DNA of 64,000 bases from Malacoraja senta (taxonomy: Eukaryota): the NCBI GenBank assembly GCA_038087875.1, contig CM075977.1, positions 20,026,001 through 20,090,000 on the forward strand. Reading direction: 5' to 3'. The position numbers and the translations under genes are program-made. A model generated the notes under the pieces. The model saw only the letters and a list, made by a program, of their open reading frames with translations, was not told the DNA's origin and searched no databases. Shown here in pieces: positions 25,844-38,360 of the stretch; position 1 is the stretch's first letter; every line of letters starts with the position of its first letter.

Positions 25844-25867
25844 TATTAGCCATGCCACTGGAGGTGT

Positions 25868-25913
<46 letters not shown>

Positions 25914-25938
25914 TATTAACCATGCCACTGTGCCACCC
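24735..25938 (-). mobile_element. V-SINE (HE1-like) with an expanded minisatellite in its tRNA-like head
   Basis: GGAGGAAACTGGAACAC (reverse V-core) at ~24805; CCACTGTGCCACCC (reverse of SINE 5' start) at 25925-25938. Confidence 0.75.
24884..25930. repeat. Compound minisatellite: 19 x [CACTGGAGGTGTG (CAG)4-17 NNTTATTAGCCATGC]
   Basis: Counted directly; 28-bp constant part plus a variable CAG tract. Confidence 0.97.
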
Positions 25939-25992
25939 AATGAATATCAAGCTATGTAAGAATTGCTGAAAATGAAAGTCTACCATTGTAAG

Positions 25993-26185
25993 GTACAAGG
26001 AATTGTAGATTCTGATTTAAACAAAAAAAAAGACAAAGTTCTGGAGTACCTCAGCAGGTCAGGCAATATGTATAGGCGACGTTTGGGTCAAAAACCTTCC
26101 CCAACCCAAAACGTCGCCTAATAAACCAACTAAACCATGTTCTGCCTGACCCGCTGAGTTACTCCAGCACTTAATGTCTTTTTTA
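25993..26185. mobile_element. Degenerate inverted Penelope pLTR pair
   Basis: CTGGAGTACCTCAGCAGGTCAGGCA..TAGGCGACGTTT / AAACGTCGCCTA..TGCCTGACCCGCTGAGTTACTCCAG. Confidence 0.75.
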
Positions 26186-27089
26186 GCATAAAATGTTGCT
26201 TGTGCCAAGGTTATTCCATATGGGCTCATGAGAAATTGTCATATTAATCCTTTTATTTTGGAAAGACCCCATAACTATTAATTATTTTCATCACTTCATC
26301 ATGTTCATTATCAGCTGCTGGGAGCAAGGGCACCTATACATTATTTGATGATCATGAAGAAATAGGAACAAATGGAGAGATGGTGATTAGGGTTAGGTGG
26401 TTGGTTGCTGTGTGTGAATGTAACAGAGTACAGGATGGAAGAGGGGATTTAGGTCCTCTAGTACAAATTAAGTAAAATGCCCCAGAAATTGTGGACCCAT
26501 GTGGTTAAAAGAACATTTTGAAGTCCAGAGCCATAGTTGTAACAGGTAATTTTTAAGCATGAGTTAACATTCAGGGAAAGCCATGTGCAAGAATCTCCCG
26601 AAACCTAAAAGGTCTAGTTGCTACACTTGTAAGGAACAAAGATTCTAAATAGTAATCAGGTTCAAGTTCAATAGCCTCATGGGATGGTTATCTTCATATT
26701 TTGGGTATGGACAAATGGTTCCTTCAAATTATCTCTTGACAAGTAGGAGTACAGTTTAAGTGACAAGACTAGTTATGAATATTCAAACAACTTTTTTGAG
26801 TCAAAATAGTTTATGGTAATCTTCTAAAAGCTTGCAGCAATGAAAGAAAACACAGACATCCAAAACATATTTATTTTACAACGACATGGAGGCATGGCTC
26901 TCTGGACACACAGACACAACAGGTATTGATGGACAGAACAAATATAAACATAATCAGTTTTGAGGTGATAGTTAGCAGAATAGCCAGTCTGAAACTTCCC
27001 CTGTGCATATACAGGGCCACTTTGTTTAAAATCATAATGGCAAAGAAGAATCTTTGAGCAACATATCTGATGCCCCAATCTAATGACCA

Positions 27090-27320
27090 GACATTTGCCC
27101 TTCATCAGGTTGATTGTAGTAGGGGGTGAAAGCTGGAAGAGAGGTGGGGGTGGGACAAATCCAGGCTGGTGAAATGTAGATATAGGGGAGGGGGGCAGAT
27201 GGGTGAAAAGGATCAAAGATGGGAAAAATGACAAAAGGCTGTGAGATACGGAGAGAGGAGGCGCAAAATGTGAAGCCAGAGGAAAAGGATGTAGGTGGAA
27301 GGGGAAAGGGTTGTTATTGA
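27090..27320 (-). mobile_element. Penelope 3' region
   Basis: CCCTTCATCAGG (reverse CCTGATGAAGGG) followed by the purine-rich 3' UTR. Confidence 0.65.
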
Positions 27321-27639
27321 TTAGTTACATAAAAGCAGCTCAGCCTTCCATCGATCAAGCATGCACAAAGGGAGATACAGCTACTCGGGAGGCATCTCAC
27401 TCTCTTTCCTATCTTTCTTCCTCTCTCTTTCCCTTAACCTCCTGACTAGAACTGCTTTGGATATAATGAGTAGGGTTGATGAAGTGCAAGTGAGTTGATT
27501 TTGTAATTATATAGAACTGTTGCTCCTCTGGCTCAGTCCAGAGCATTGTCCAGGGTACCAGTGTATTCCGGCAGTCAGGCGCTGTCTATTTTGCTGGTCC
27601 CCAGTGCCTCCTGGCCTGTCTGCCGTAGGGATGAGACGT

Positions 27640-28260
27640 TGTCACAGAAGCCACATCGGGAGCACCGAATATAGTAGATGAGGTTGGAGGAGGTGCACGT
27701 GAACCTCTGTCGCACATGGAAGGTCTGCTGGGGTCCCTGGATGGATGTGAGGGTAGAAGTATAGGACCGGTGTTACATTTTCTGCGGTTGCAGGGGAAAT
27801 ATCTGGGGAGGGGGTATTATGGTTGCAAACAGATGAGTGAACCGAGGATCTGTGAAGGGAGAGGTCTCTAGGGAAAACAAAAAGAGCAATGGGAAGATGT
27901 GACTTGTGGTGGGATCACATTGAATGTGGCAAAAAGATCAGAGTGCGATGTATTAGATGCAGAGACTGGTGGGGTGAAAGGTAAGGACAATGGGAACTCT
28001 ATCCTTGTTCCGTCTGGTGGGGAGGGGGGATGAGAGCAGAACTATGCAACACAGAGGAAGTGTGGCTGAGGGATCCTTCTACGGCAGCATGAGGGGGTGT
28101 GGGGGAGATCCCCATTGACTAAAGAGAGAGGACATCTCGGATATGAACCCAATGGTATGATCATTGAATTCTCCAATTTTAGTAACTAACCAACAACCCT
28201 TTCCCCTTCTTCCATCCCCTTCCACCTATACCTTTTCTTCTGGCTTCACATTGTTCCTGC
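27640..28260 (-). pseudogene. Penelope-like (Neptune-type) linker/GIY-YIG endonuclease fragment with an inverted 3' piece from ~28145
   Basis: Minus strand reads FPCNRRKCNT..YTSTLTSIQGPQQTFHVRQRFTCTSSNLIYYIRCSRCG; plus strand after ~28145 reads PNGMIIEFSNF, the usual ORF end. Confidence 0.8.
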
Positions 28261-28699
28261 TCTACCATTCAATAAAATCAGTTTTAACTTCTACTCCAGC
28301 ACTAACCTCCTCTATTCCTTTAGTACTTAAAAATGGATGATACTACTATATATTCATGTAATTGAAAATGGGTATTGAACCTCCACAGCATTCTTGAGGA
28401 GTAAATTGCAAAGGTACACTTCCCTTTGGTGAAGACATTTCTTCTGAATGTTCTGACTATTATGGGACCATGACCCCGAGTTTAAATTTCGGTAACAAGT
28501 ATAGTTACTTCTTATTGTATTAACATGTCTTTTACCTTAAATTCATAATGAATCGTTATTAAACTTCTGTGACTATCAGAGAGATCTAAAGGCTGTTAAA
28601 AGGCTTGTGACAGCAGCCCAGATTGGGCAGTGGTCATTCTGAGGATACCCAGGGCCTACTTGCTGCTTCGAAATTGTTCGACTTTAACAGCTGGACTCC

Positions 28700-30530
28700 A
28701 AATAGTGCAAGGAGTCATTTTGTCCAGCTTTGTGCATCCAACACAGTGGACAGAGTCTGGGACAATCCACCCATTATAAAGTTATCATGGATTTGTTAAG
28801 GGCAAACATTACTTGATTTGAAGTGACAGTAGGGGAGCAGTTTGGGATCAGTAACCACAGTTCTATTTGCGTTAAAGTAATTACGGATAAGGACATGAGA
28901 TAGCACTGGCAGATATGATTGAGGAGAATCCAAAGATATTTTATATTAAAGAAAAAAGGGTAACCAGAGAGAGAATAGGGCCCCTCAGGAACTAAAGTGG
29001 TCTTCTACATGTGGAGCCACAGGAGATGTGCAAGGTCATCAATGAATATTTCTCCTCTGTTTTTGAAACTGAGCAAACCTGGGAAAGTTAATAGCGATGT
29101 CTTGAGGACACTCCATATTACAGCTGAATGTCCTAAAATGAATGAATGTAGATTAATCTCCTGGGCCTGAATAGCTATATCCAAGAGCACTGTTGGAAGC
29201 TAGAGAATAAATTGCAGGAGCGCTGGATGATGTATATAAATCATCGTTAGCCATAATTGAGGTGCCAGAAAAACTGGAGGGTAACTAATGTAACGACTCT
29301 GTTTATGGAGGGCTGCAAGATAAACCTGGCAACTATTGGCCAATAAGCCAAACATCAGTGGTAGGAAAGTTACTGGATAGGATTCTGAAGGATAAGATAT
29401 ACATGCACTTGGAAAAACTGGGGTTGATTAGAAATAGTCAACATGGTTTAGTGCGTGGGATATTGTATCTCACAAATTTGGTTGAGTTTTTTGAAAAAGG
29501 TTTATGAGGGCAGAGTCATTAATGCAGTCTTGCATCTGCAAGGTCGTTTTATAAGAATCTGCATTGTAGGCTATGCTGGAAGTTTAGATCACATGGAATC
29601 CAGGGAGAGTTAACTAACTGGATATGGAATTGCCTTGGTGACAGGAAGCAGAGGAAGGTGATGGAAGATTTTTTTTTGGACTTGAGGAATATGACGTTAC
29701 ATGTCTCGGTATTCATGCTAGATCTATTGCAATTTAGCATTTGTATCAATAATTTGAATGAGAATATATAAGGAATGATTAGTAAGTTTGCAGATGATTC
29801 AAAAATAGGGGGTATCATAGACAGCAAAAGATAGCTCTGGCAGATAATATTAAGGAAAATTCAAAGAAATTTGCATTTTGAGAAATCAAACCATGGGCAG
29901 GACCTTCACGGTGAATGGCAGGGTCCAGGAGAGTAGTGTAGAGCAGAAGGATCTAGGAGTGCAGGTACATAGTTCCTTGAAAATGGCATTGCGGATAGAA
30001 CAGGGAAGATAGCTGGATAGGGTGGTCAAGAAAGCTTTCGTAACATTGGCCTTCATCAGTCAGGGTGTTGAGTATAGAAGATGGATGTCATGTTGCTGTT
30101 ATACAAGATGTTGGTGAGGCCGCATTTGGAGCATTGTGTTCACTTTTGGTCATCCTGCTATAGGAAGGATTTTGTTAAGCTGGAAAGAATGCAGAGAAGA
30201 TTTACAAAGATCTTCCAAGATTTGAGGGCCTGTGTTATAGGGAGAGATTCTTGGATTGGACTTTATTTCATGGAGAGCATGAAGATGAGGGGTGATCTTA
30301 TAGTGGTGTATAATATCATGAGGGAAATAGATAGTTTAAATAGGTAGATGGAACAAGCTGCCAGATGAGGTATTTGAGGCAGGCACTATAACACATTTAA
30401 AAGGCATTTAGACAGGTATGTGGATAGGAAAGATTTAGCGGGATATGAGCTAAACACAGGCAGGTGGGACAAGTGTAATTGGGGTATCTTGGTTGGCATG
30501 GGTAAGTTGGGCCGAAGGACCTGTTTCCAT
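28700..30530 (+). mobile_element. Old CR1 LINE ORF2 and 3' UTR (tail resumes at 31619-31641)
   Basis: Degenerate RT motifs (AAGTTTGCAGATGAT), LVRPHLEHCVHFWS; tail split by a younger CR1. Confidence 0.85.
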
Positions 30531-31618
30531 AGATACATAGATACATAGAAAATAGGTGCAGGAGTAGGCCATTCGGCCCTTCGAGCGTGCACCGCCATTC
30601 AATATGATCATTGCTGATCATCCAACTCAGTATCCCGTACCTGCCTTCTCTCCATACCCCCTGATCCCTTTAGCCACAAGGGCCACATCTAACTCCCTCT
30701 TAAATATAGCCAATGAACTGGCCTCAACTACCCTCTGTGGCAGAGAGTTCCAGAGATTCACCACTCTCTGTGTGAAAACGTTTTTTCTCATCTCGGTCTT
30801 AAAGGATTTCCCCCTTATCCTTAAGCTGTGACCCCTTGCCCTGGACTTCCCCAACATCAGGAACAATCTTCCTGCATCTAGCCTGTCCAACCCCATAAGA
30901 ATTTTGTAAGTTTCTATAAGATCCCCTCTCAATCTCCTAAATTTTAGCGAGTATAAGCCGAGTCTATCCAGTCTTTCTTCATATGAAAGTCCTGACATCC
31001 CAGGAATCAGTCTGGTGAACCTTCTCTGCACTCCCTCTATGGCTATAATGTCCTTCCTCAGATTTGGAGACCAAAACTGTACGCAATACTCCAGGTGTGG
31101 TCTCACCAAGACCCTGTACAACTGCAGTAGAACCTCCCTGCTCCTATACTCAAATCCTTTTGCTATGAAAGCTAACATACCATTCACTTTCTTCACTGCC
31201 TGCTGCACCTGCATGCCTACTTTCAATGTGGAGTGAGCATTTGAGGAAAAGCACAACACCGTAAATTGGAGGAAATGCACCTCATAATTCCGCTTGGGCA
31301 GTCTACATCCTATTGGCTTGAACATTGAATTCTCCCAATTCTGCTAGCCCTTGCTGTCCCCTCCCCTTCATCAGCCCTCTGGTTGTCTCCTCCCCTCCCC
31401 CAGCCCTCGGGCTCCTCCTCCGCCTTTTTCCTTTTTTCCTTTCTTCTCCCCACCCCCTATCAGTCTGAAGAAGGGTTTCGGCCCGAAACGTTACCTATTT
31501 CCTTCGCTCCATAGATGCTGCTGCACCCGCTGAGTTTCTCCAGCATTTTTGTGTACCTGCCTACTTTCAATGACTGGTGTACCATGACACCCAGGTCTCG
31601 CTGCATCTCCTCTTTTCC
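30531..31618 (-). mobile_element. 5'-truncated CR1 inserted in the tail of the older CR1
   Basis: ORF 30627-31325 [29 protein letters not shown]; tail at ~30531-30550. Confidence 0.92.
31229..31557 (+). mobile_element. Penelope 3' end insertion with 15-bp TSD
   Basis: TGCCTACTTTCAATG at 31214-31228 and 31558-31572; ORF end LGSLHPIGLNIEFSQF; hammerhead-like core at 31465-31492. Confidence 0.9.
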
Positions 31619-32281
31619 TGCTGTATGACTCTATGGCTCTTAGTGACAAGGAGATTTAACGCGGATATAGTGGTTGATGTTTTATTCATGACTTTTCAAT
31701 GTCTCAAAATGTATCCCAATCAGTTGCATTAAATGTGCTACATTGCAAGCACATGTAACCTGATACTTTTAAAAATTCAGTTCCATTAAAGTGATGGAAA
31801 ATTTCCCTTGCACTTACTGTAACTAGGTGATAAAAAGTATTGCATTGTAAAAGATTCTTGCTGCTGCTGCATCATTAGCTGCATAGTGAAACAGAATGAA
31901 GACAGATTATCTTTGACTCATTACAATGGACTATTACTTCAGGATGTGAAACATGCATTAAATAGACAGGTGACTCACCAAATGGATTGTCACAAGCCAT
32001 TTTATTTGAGAATACCTGAGCATATTTGCATGTATATGTCATTAAATAATGTGCTTTGTTTAGAAATCTTAAATATATTTTAGGCTTTCATTCAAGATTG
32101 TATACATTTCTGCATGAACTGTGAATAATCTTCACTCAATTGTGCAGATAATAATAATAATTACATTGTATTGAATGGATTATGGTTTAATGTTTTATTT
32201 TATCAATTAACTGTGTACCTGATCTGTGTACCAACATTAGAAATAATATTTGTTCCGTGAAGGAAATACAGTTATTGTGTG

Positions 32282-32475
32282 TTGGAAAGAACTGCAGATG
32301 CTAGTTTAAATCGAAGGTAGACACGAAATGCTGGTGCAACTCTGGAAGGAATGGGTGACGTTTCGGGTCGAGACAGGATCTCAGGTCTGAAGAAGGGTCT
32401 CGACCCGAAGCGTCACCCATTCCTTCTCTTCAGAGATGCTGCCTGCCCCGCTGAGATACTCCAGTATTTTGTGTC
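32282..32475. mobile_element. Inverted Penelope pLTR pair
   Basis: GAAGGAATGGGTGACGTTTCGGGTCGAGAC / GTCTCGACCCGAAGCGTCACCCATTCCTTC; flanked by TACAG(T/A)TATTGTGTG at 32267 and 32476. Confidence 0.85.
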
Positions 32476-32899
32476 TACAGATATTGTGTGATCTCACTGC
32501 AGGGAAATTGCACTCATATCATTGTCACCTGGCTCGTGGCCTTTAAAGTAAGCATCCATATTCAAATTGCAGGAATGTTACATTTATTCTGTATATACAG
32601 TATTTTACTGAAGTCTGAAGATCTCAGAAAGAGGAGAAAGTAAGTCAGCTTTTCAATTCAGCAAGATCATGGCTGCTCAACACCACTTCCCTATACAAAC
32701 CCCATTTCCTTGGATTCCATTAATAAACCTTCCTTTAGCTTTATGGATTAACTAATTACTCATTATAAATTATGGGTGATGTTTCTCCACCAACCTTATT
32801 TTCAAAGTGGGCATATAATCTTTTGAACTCATTGGGGAGGAACCCACTGTTGCCTGCGATACTACCCAATTTTGGTTGCCAGTCAACCTCGACCATGGT

Positions 32900-33182
32900 T
32901 TTATGATCTGCTTCGTTGTCACCTTCTCCGAGCTACCAATGATCTATAATACATTGTCCTTGAACCTCATCCCCTTTGATGTCTCATTCTCACACCTTAC
33001 ACTTCCTTATCTATGTGTCTCTCTCTCCCCTAACTCTCAGTCTGATGAAGGGTGTCCACCTGAAACATCACCCATTGCTTCTATCCAGACATGCTGCCTG
33101 TTCTGCTGAGTTACTCCAGCTTTTTGTACTGTATCTACAATATCTTCGGTGTAAACCAGCATCTGCAGTTCCTTCCTACACA
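32900..33182 (+). mobile_element. Penelope 3' region and pLTR
   Basis: CAGTCTGATGAAGGGTGTCCACCTGAAACATC..TAAACCAGCATCTGCAGTTCCTTCCTACA. Confidence 0.8.
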
Positions 33183-33254
33183 TGGTTCCTATATGTTATT
33201 CAGGGCTCCTACAGTTTCTTCTCTGGTTTTGCATGGATTCCTTTGATATACAAA

Positions 33255-33380
33255 GTAGAGATAATGCATAGAAACAGGCCCGTTGGCCCAGCGAAACTAT
33301 GCCCATCATTGATCACCAATTTTCACTAGTTCTGCATTATCCATCTTTCTCATCTGCTCCTTACACACTTGGGGCAATTG
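33255..33380 (-). mobile_element. V-SINE 3' fragment
   Basis: AGAAACAGGCCC..CACACTTGGGGCAATT, reverse of the SINE tail. Confidence 0.55.
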
Positions 33381-33559
33381 GAAGGACTGGAAGTCTGTGG
33401 GCAGTGGTGCACTGAAGGGCTTGGACCATTGTTGTTGTACATCTTGATGATTTGGATGCGAATCGGAGGTACAATCTGCAAGTTTTCAAATTACATGAAA
33501 ATTGGTGTTGTTGAGATGGCAATGAAGGTTGTTTAAGGCATTGAACCTCAGAGAGGCTC

Positions 33560-34360
33560 AAACGAAACTCTGTTTCCACAGTCATACAAACAAAACAATT
33601 CCTACAAGACACACAAACAATTCAATTTACAGAAAAACATCCATCACAGTGAATCTCCTCCTCACTGTGATGGAAGGCAAAGTCTTTTCTTTCCCCTGCA
33701 CCATTTCTCTCCCGATGTTGATGCCCCAAGCGGGTGATGGTGAGTCCCACGGCCGTTGAGGCCGTGCCGGGCGATGCACGGCCCCGCTCCAGTCCAAAAG
33801 TCACAAAGTTGGAGCCCCCGGCGGGCGCTGGAATGTCCCGCGGCCATTAAAGCCGCGCCGGGTGATGTACGGCCCTGCTACGTGTTGTTACAACCCCGCG
33901 ACACGAGCTGGAGAAGTTGCGTTGCGGGAGCTCTGGAAAGCGGTCTCCCACCCGGACCCGCGAGCTCCCGATGTCCCAGTCCACCGGTCTGCAGCTGGAG
34001 CCTCCGTGCTCCGGAGTGAGCAACGAGCCACCCCCGCTCCCCACGATCCGAGGCCGGCCAGCCCCACGAGGGTGAGTCCGCAGCTCCGCAGGCTCCGGGA
34101 CTGGAGCCCCCAGGTCGTTCTGGTTGGAGGCCTCTCCACAGATTTAGGCCCCAACGACAGCAGAGACCCGACAGGGAAAAGGTCGGGTCTCCTGTGCAGG
34201 GAAGAGATTTTAAAAGTTCCCCCCTCCCCCCACATATACACAGTTAAAACAGTACAAAAAACCCCACAAACAACTACATTTAACTAGACAAAAATTAAAA
34301 AAAACCAGACAGGCTGTAGGGGCCGCTGCAGTAATCCCACATCGCCGCACTCTTCTACCG
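33560..34360 (-). mobile_element. GC-rich non-coding element family member
   Basis: 12-bp hairpin CCATCACAGTGA/TCACTGTGATGG (33641-33673), CpG-rich body, A-rich block near 34240-34310. Confidence 0.7.
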
Positions 34361-34399
34361 CACTCACCGCAATCCCCACCTGCCTTAAGAAAACTACTA

Positions 34400-36450
34400 T
34401 CATCCTGTTGCCAAATAAAGGTAAGGTGGTGTGTTAATGAGTACCGTCTAGTGGTAATGACATCCACCACCATGATGTGCTTTGAGAGACTTGAGACAAC
34501 ACACATTAACTCCAGCCTCCTAGGCAGCCATGATCCATTGCAGTTTGCCTAGCGTCGCAACAGATCCATGGCAGTCAAGTCAAGTCAAGTCAAGTCAATT
34601 TTATTTCTATAGCACATTTAAAAACAACTCTCGTTGAACAAAGTGCTTTACATTAGTGCAGGTACTAACTTGCTACAAACAGTGGTACATAGATCAACAA
34701 TACATACATAAATACATACAGCACTCCCTCAAAGGACCTCAAGAAAGGCTTGAGAGTAGAAATAAGTTTTAAGTCTAGACTTAAAAGAGTTGATGGAGGC
34801 GGCAGTTCTGATGGGAAGAGGGATGCTGTTCCATAGTCTAGTTCCTTCTTCTCCCTGGTCCTACACTCATCTCTGGAACCCGTGTACAATAAGGACACCT
34901 TTGTTAGACTCCTATTTATCAAATATAACTCAACACCATAATCCCATCCAAACTCAGCTCCAAACTCCTGAACCTAGGAGCAAGCACTCTGCCACTGGAT
35001 CCTCAAATTTCTGACCCACAGATCAATCTGTGAGGATAGGTGATAACTTAATAATTCTATAATAATAATAATCATATTAATAATTCTCAACATCGGTGTC
35101 CTGCAAGGATATGTTCTCAGTCCCCTACTATACTCCCTATGCACTCATGACTAATAGGCCAAATTCAGCTCTAACTCCATATACAAGTTTGCAGTTGATA
35201 CCACAGAAGTAGATCACGAGCAATGATGAAACAGAATACAGGAAGGAGATATAGAGCTTGGTAACATGGTGCCAGGGCAACAATCTCACCCTCAATATCT
35301 GCAAGACTAAGGAACTAGATGTCGACTTCAAGATGCATGGTGGAGGATTTACTCCAATTGGCATGAATGGTGCCGAAGTAGAAATGGTTGAGAGTTTAAG
35401 TTCCTTGGCATTAATATTACCAATGATCTGCCATGGCCCAACCACAATGAAGAGACAGCCAAGAAGGCACCAACGCATTTACTTCCACAGGAGACTGAAG
35501 AAATTTGATATCTCCAAAGACTTTTATAAACCTGTACAGATGCCCATTGAATGCAGATTGTCAGTGTGTCTCACAGCTTGATTTGGAAACAGCTCTGCCT
35601 AAGATCGCAAGAAATTGCAGAGACTTGAGGATGCAGCACAGTTCATCACGAAGACCAGACTCCCCATCACTGACTCCATCTACACTTCACGATGCCTCAG
35701 GAAGCAACCAAAATAATCAAAGATTAAAATAATCCTGAACCCCAAAAATGTCTTTCAAATTTTGTAAATTGGTAGTTTTGTGGTCAAACCTACTTCTTTC
35801 TTCTACATATAATAAGTTTAATTCCACATGTCAGGCTAGGAATTGCAAATTAATGTATTAAAGCATTACACATGTAGCCAGTGCTCATATAACCCGAGTG
35901 AGAGTTAGTTTGAGAAAGGTTCAGCCAAAGACTGCAAGCATTTGCAGAGAGTTGTGGATGTAGCCCAATCCATCACACAGACCAGACTCCCCACCATCGA
36001 CTCAATCTACAGTTCACGCTCCCTTGGAAAAGAAGCCAACATAATTAAAGACCTTCCCCAACTTGGTCATTCATACTTTCTCCGTTTCAGCAGAAGATAC
36101 AGAAGCTTGAGAGCCCACACCACCATAATTAGGACCAACTTCTGTCCCTCTGTTATCGGACTTCTGAATGGTTCTTCCATAAGCTAGAGTCTAATTGTAC
36201 AGATCCAATTCTCCAATCTACCTTATTGCGGACATTAGACTTTTTTTATCTGGAACTGGTGTGCCACAATGCTAACAATTATAATCTGCACTCCTTTTGC
36301 TCCTATTGCGCCTTTTGTTCTACCTATAGTACTTAGGTTTGTCTTGATTGTATTTATGCACAATATTATCTGATTTTTTTGGGTAGTATGCAAAACAGAG
36401 CTTTTCACAGTACCTTGGGACACATGACAATGATAAACCTAAACCTGAAT
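34400..36450 (+). mobile_element. Degenerate Rex1/Babar RT and 3' fragments
   Basis: VTWCQGNNLTLNICKTKEL.VDF; QRVVDVAQSITQTRLPTIDSIY; (TAAACC) tail; interrupted. Confidence 0.8.
34573..34840 (-). mobile_element. L2-like LINE 3' end
   Basis: (AAGTC)n tail, ATTTTATTTCTATAGCACATTT..AAAGTGCTTTACA, minus strand TTTAAGTCTAGACTTAAAAC. Confidence 0.6.
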
Positions 36451-36454
36451 TTCA

Positions 36455-37825
36455 ACAGGACTGAAGGATGGCTGGTGTAATGCCTTTAGTTAAGATCAGC
36501 TGCAAAGAAAAATCCGGTAACAATGGACCAGTGGTCCTAACATTTGCAGTATGTAAGTCACTGGGGGATATTTTGATGGATAAGTAATACATGCTTTTGG
36601 AAAGATAGGGGGTGATTAGGAATAGTGAGCATAGTTTTGTGCAAGGGGATTGTGTCTCACAAATTAAAATATGTTGTTTGAAGAAGTAATCAAGAAAGTA
36701 GGTCGGCATAGAAAGGCATAGTCTATATGGAGTTTAGCAAGGCCTTTGATAAGATTATGCATGGTATGCTGCTCTGGAAGGTTAGATTGGATGGGATCCA
36801 GGGAGAACTAGCTCATTTATCATCTAATCAACAATTTGGATGAGAATGTATAAGGCATGATTAGCAAGTTTGCAGTTGGAACTAAAATAGGTAGTATCAT
36901 AGATAGTTATCAAGAATTTCAGCATGATCTTGATCAACTGGGCAACTGGGCTGAGGAATATGAAATCAAGTTTAATTCAGATAAATGTGAGGTATTGCAG
37001 TTTGTGAAGTCAAACCATCTACACAGTGAGCAGTAGGGCTCTGTGAAGTGTTGCAGAGCAGATCATGGAGTACAAGTATAGTACAAAGTTACCTGAAGGT
37101 GGCATCATAGATTGATGGTGTAGGGAAGAAGGGTTTTTGCAACCTGGTCTTCACCAGTCAGAGAATTAAGTATAGAAGTCGAAACATTATATTACAGTTG
37201 CACAAGTATTTGCTGAGACTGCGCTTGTGGTGTTGAATTCAGTTTTTGTCACTGTGCTCTGTGAAAAATGCAATGAAGGTAGATGAGTGCAGAGACAATT
37301 TATGTGGATGTTGCCAGCACTTGAAGGCCTGTGCAACAGGGAGAGAGTGGTCATGGAATAAAGCCTAGGAGTTTATTCCTTGGAATGGGGTAGACTGAGG
37401 GGTGATCATATGGAGGTGTATAAATTCATGAGGGCATAGATAGGGTGAATGCACATTGCTTTTTCCCCCCATGATAGGTGAATTAAGAAATAAATTATAT
37501 AGGTTTGAGTTGAAAGGGGAAAGCAGCCTTCCAGAGCAGCCTACCATACATAATCTTATCAAAGTCGGAAGATTTGAAAGGAACATGAGGGCAACCTTTT
37601 CGTATAGAGGGTTGTGGGTATATGGAACGAGCTGCCAGAGGAAATTGTTGAGACAGGTACAATTACAACATTTAAAGCCATTGGACAGGTGCACAGATAC
37701 ATAGATAACGTTTAGAGGGAGATGTGCCAAACATGGGCAAATGGGATGAGCTTAGACAGAGCGTCTTGGTCGGCATGGACCACTTGTACCAAAGAGCCTG
37801 TTTGCATGCTGTATGACTCCATTAA
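36455..37825 (+). mobile_element. Old degenerate CR1 LINE
   Basis: TTTAGCAAGGCCTTTGATAAG, AGCAAGTTTGCAG, CR1 3' UTR CTGTATGACTC. Confidence 0.8.
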
Positions 37826-37924
37826 TCTGGATCAGCTCCACGATCTCTCTGGTCTTAGCATGAGGGAGGCAACTTACCTTTCTTGCTTTTCATAGAAACA
37901 TCTGCCTTTTCTCCTGTATTGGAG

Positions 37925-38277
37925 TGTGTCAATATCATCAAAGATCCTCACTGTCTTGGCCATGTTCTCATCTTACTATTCCAGTGTGAAAATGGTACAG
38001 GAGCCTGAACACCGTGACCTCCTCGATCAAAAACAACATTTTCTCGGCAACCATCAGGTCCTTGAATAATGCACAAAACTACCCAGCAACTATGAACGTC
38101 TATAGACTTTGTTTTTCGTTGCACTACAGACTTTGGTTTTGAACTATTATGGTCTGATTAGCTGGTATTACTGTTTATGATTTCACTGTATCATTGATTA
38201 ATGAATATTTCTTTGTGTGTTATTGCTTTAATGGGCTGTTGAGCTGTAGCAAGTAAGGATTTCATTGTTCTATTTCT
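37925..38277 (+). mobile_element. Rex1-type 3' fragment
   Basis: ATCATCAAAGATCCTCAC..GGTACAGGAGCCTGAA..GCAAGTAAGGATTTCATTGTTC. Confidence 0.65.
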
Positions 38278-38356
38278 GGGGGGGGGAGGAGAGGGGGGGA
38301 GAGGGGGGAGAGGGGGGAGAGGGGGGAGAGGGGGGAGAGAAAGAGAGAGAGAGAGA
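38278..38356. repeat. G/A-only repeat, (GAGAGGGGG)n then (GA)n
   Basis: Direct reading. Confidence 0.95.
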
Positions 38357-38360
38357 TATC

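Noticed and set aside
24884-25930. CRISPR-like array (constant 28-bp repeat with variable spacers)
   Set aside because: Spacers are only (CAG)n, no cas genes, vertebrate context, and the unit derives from a SINE
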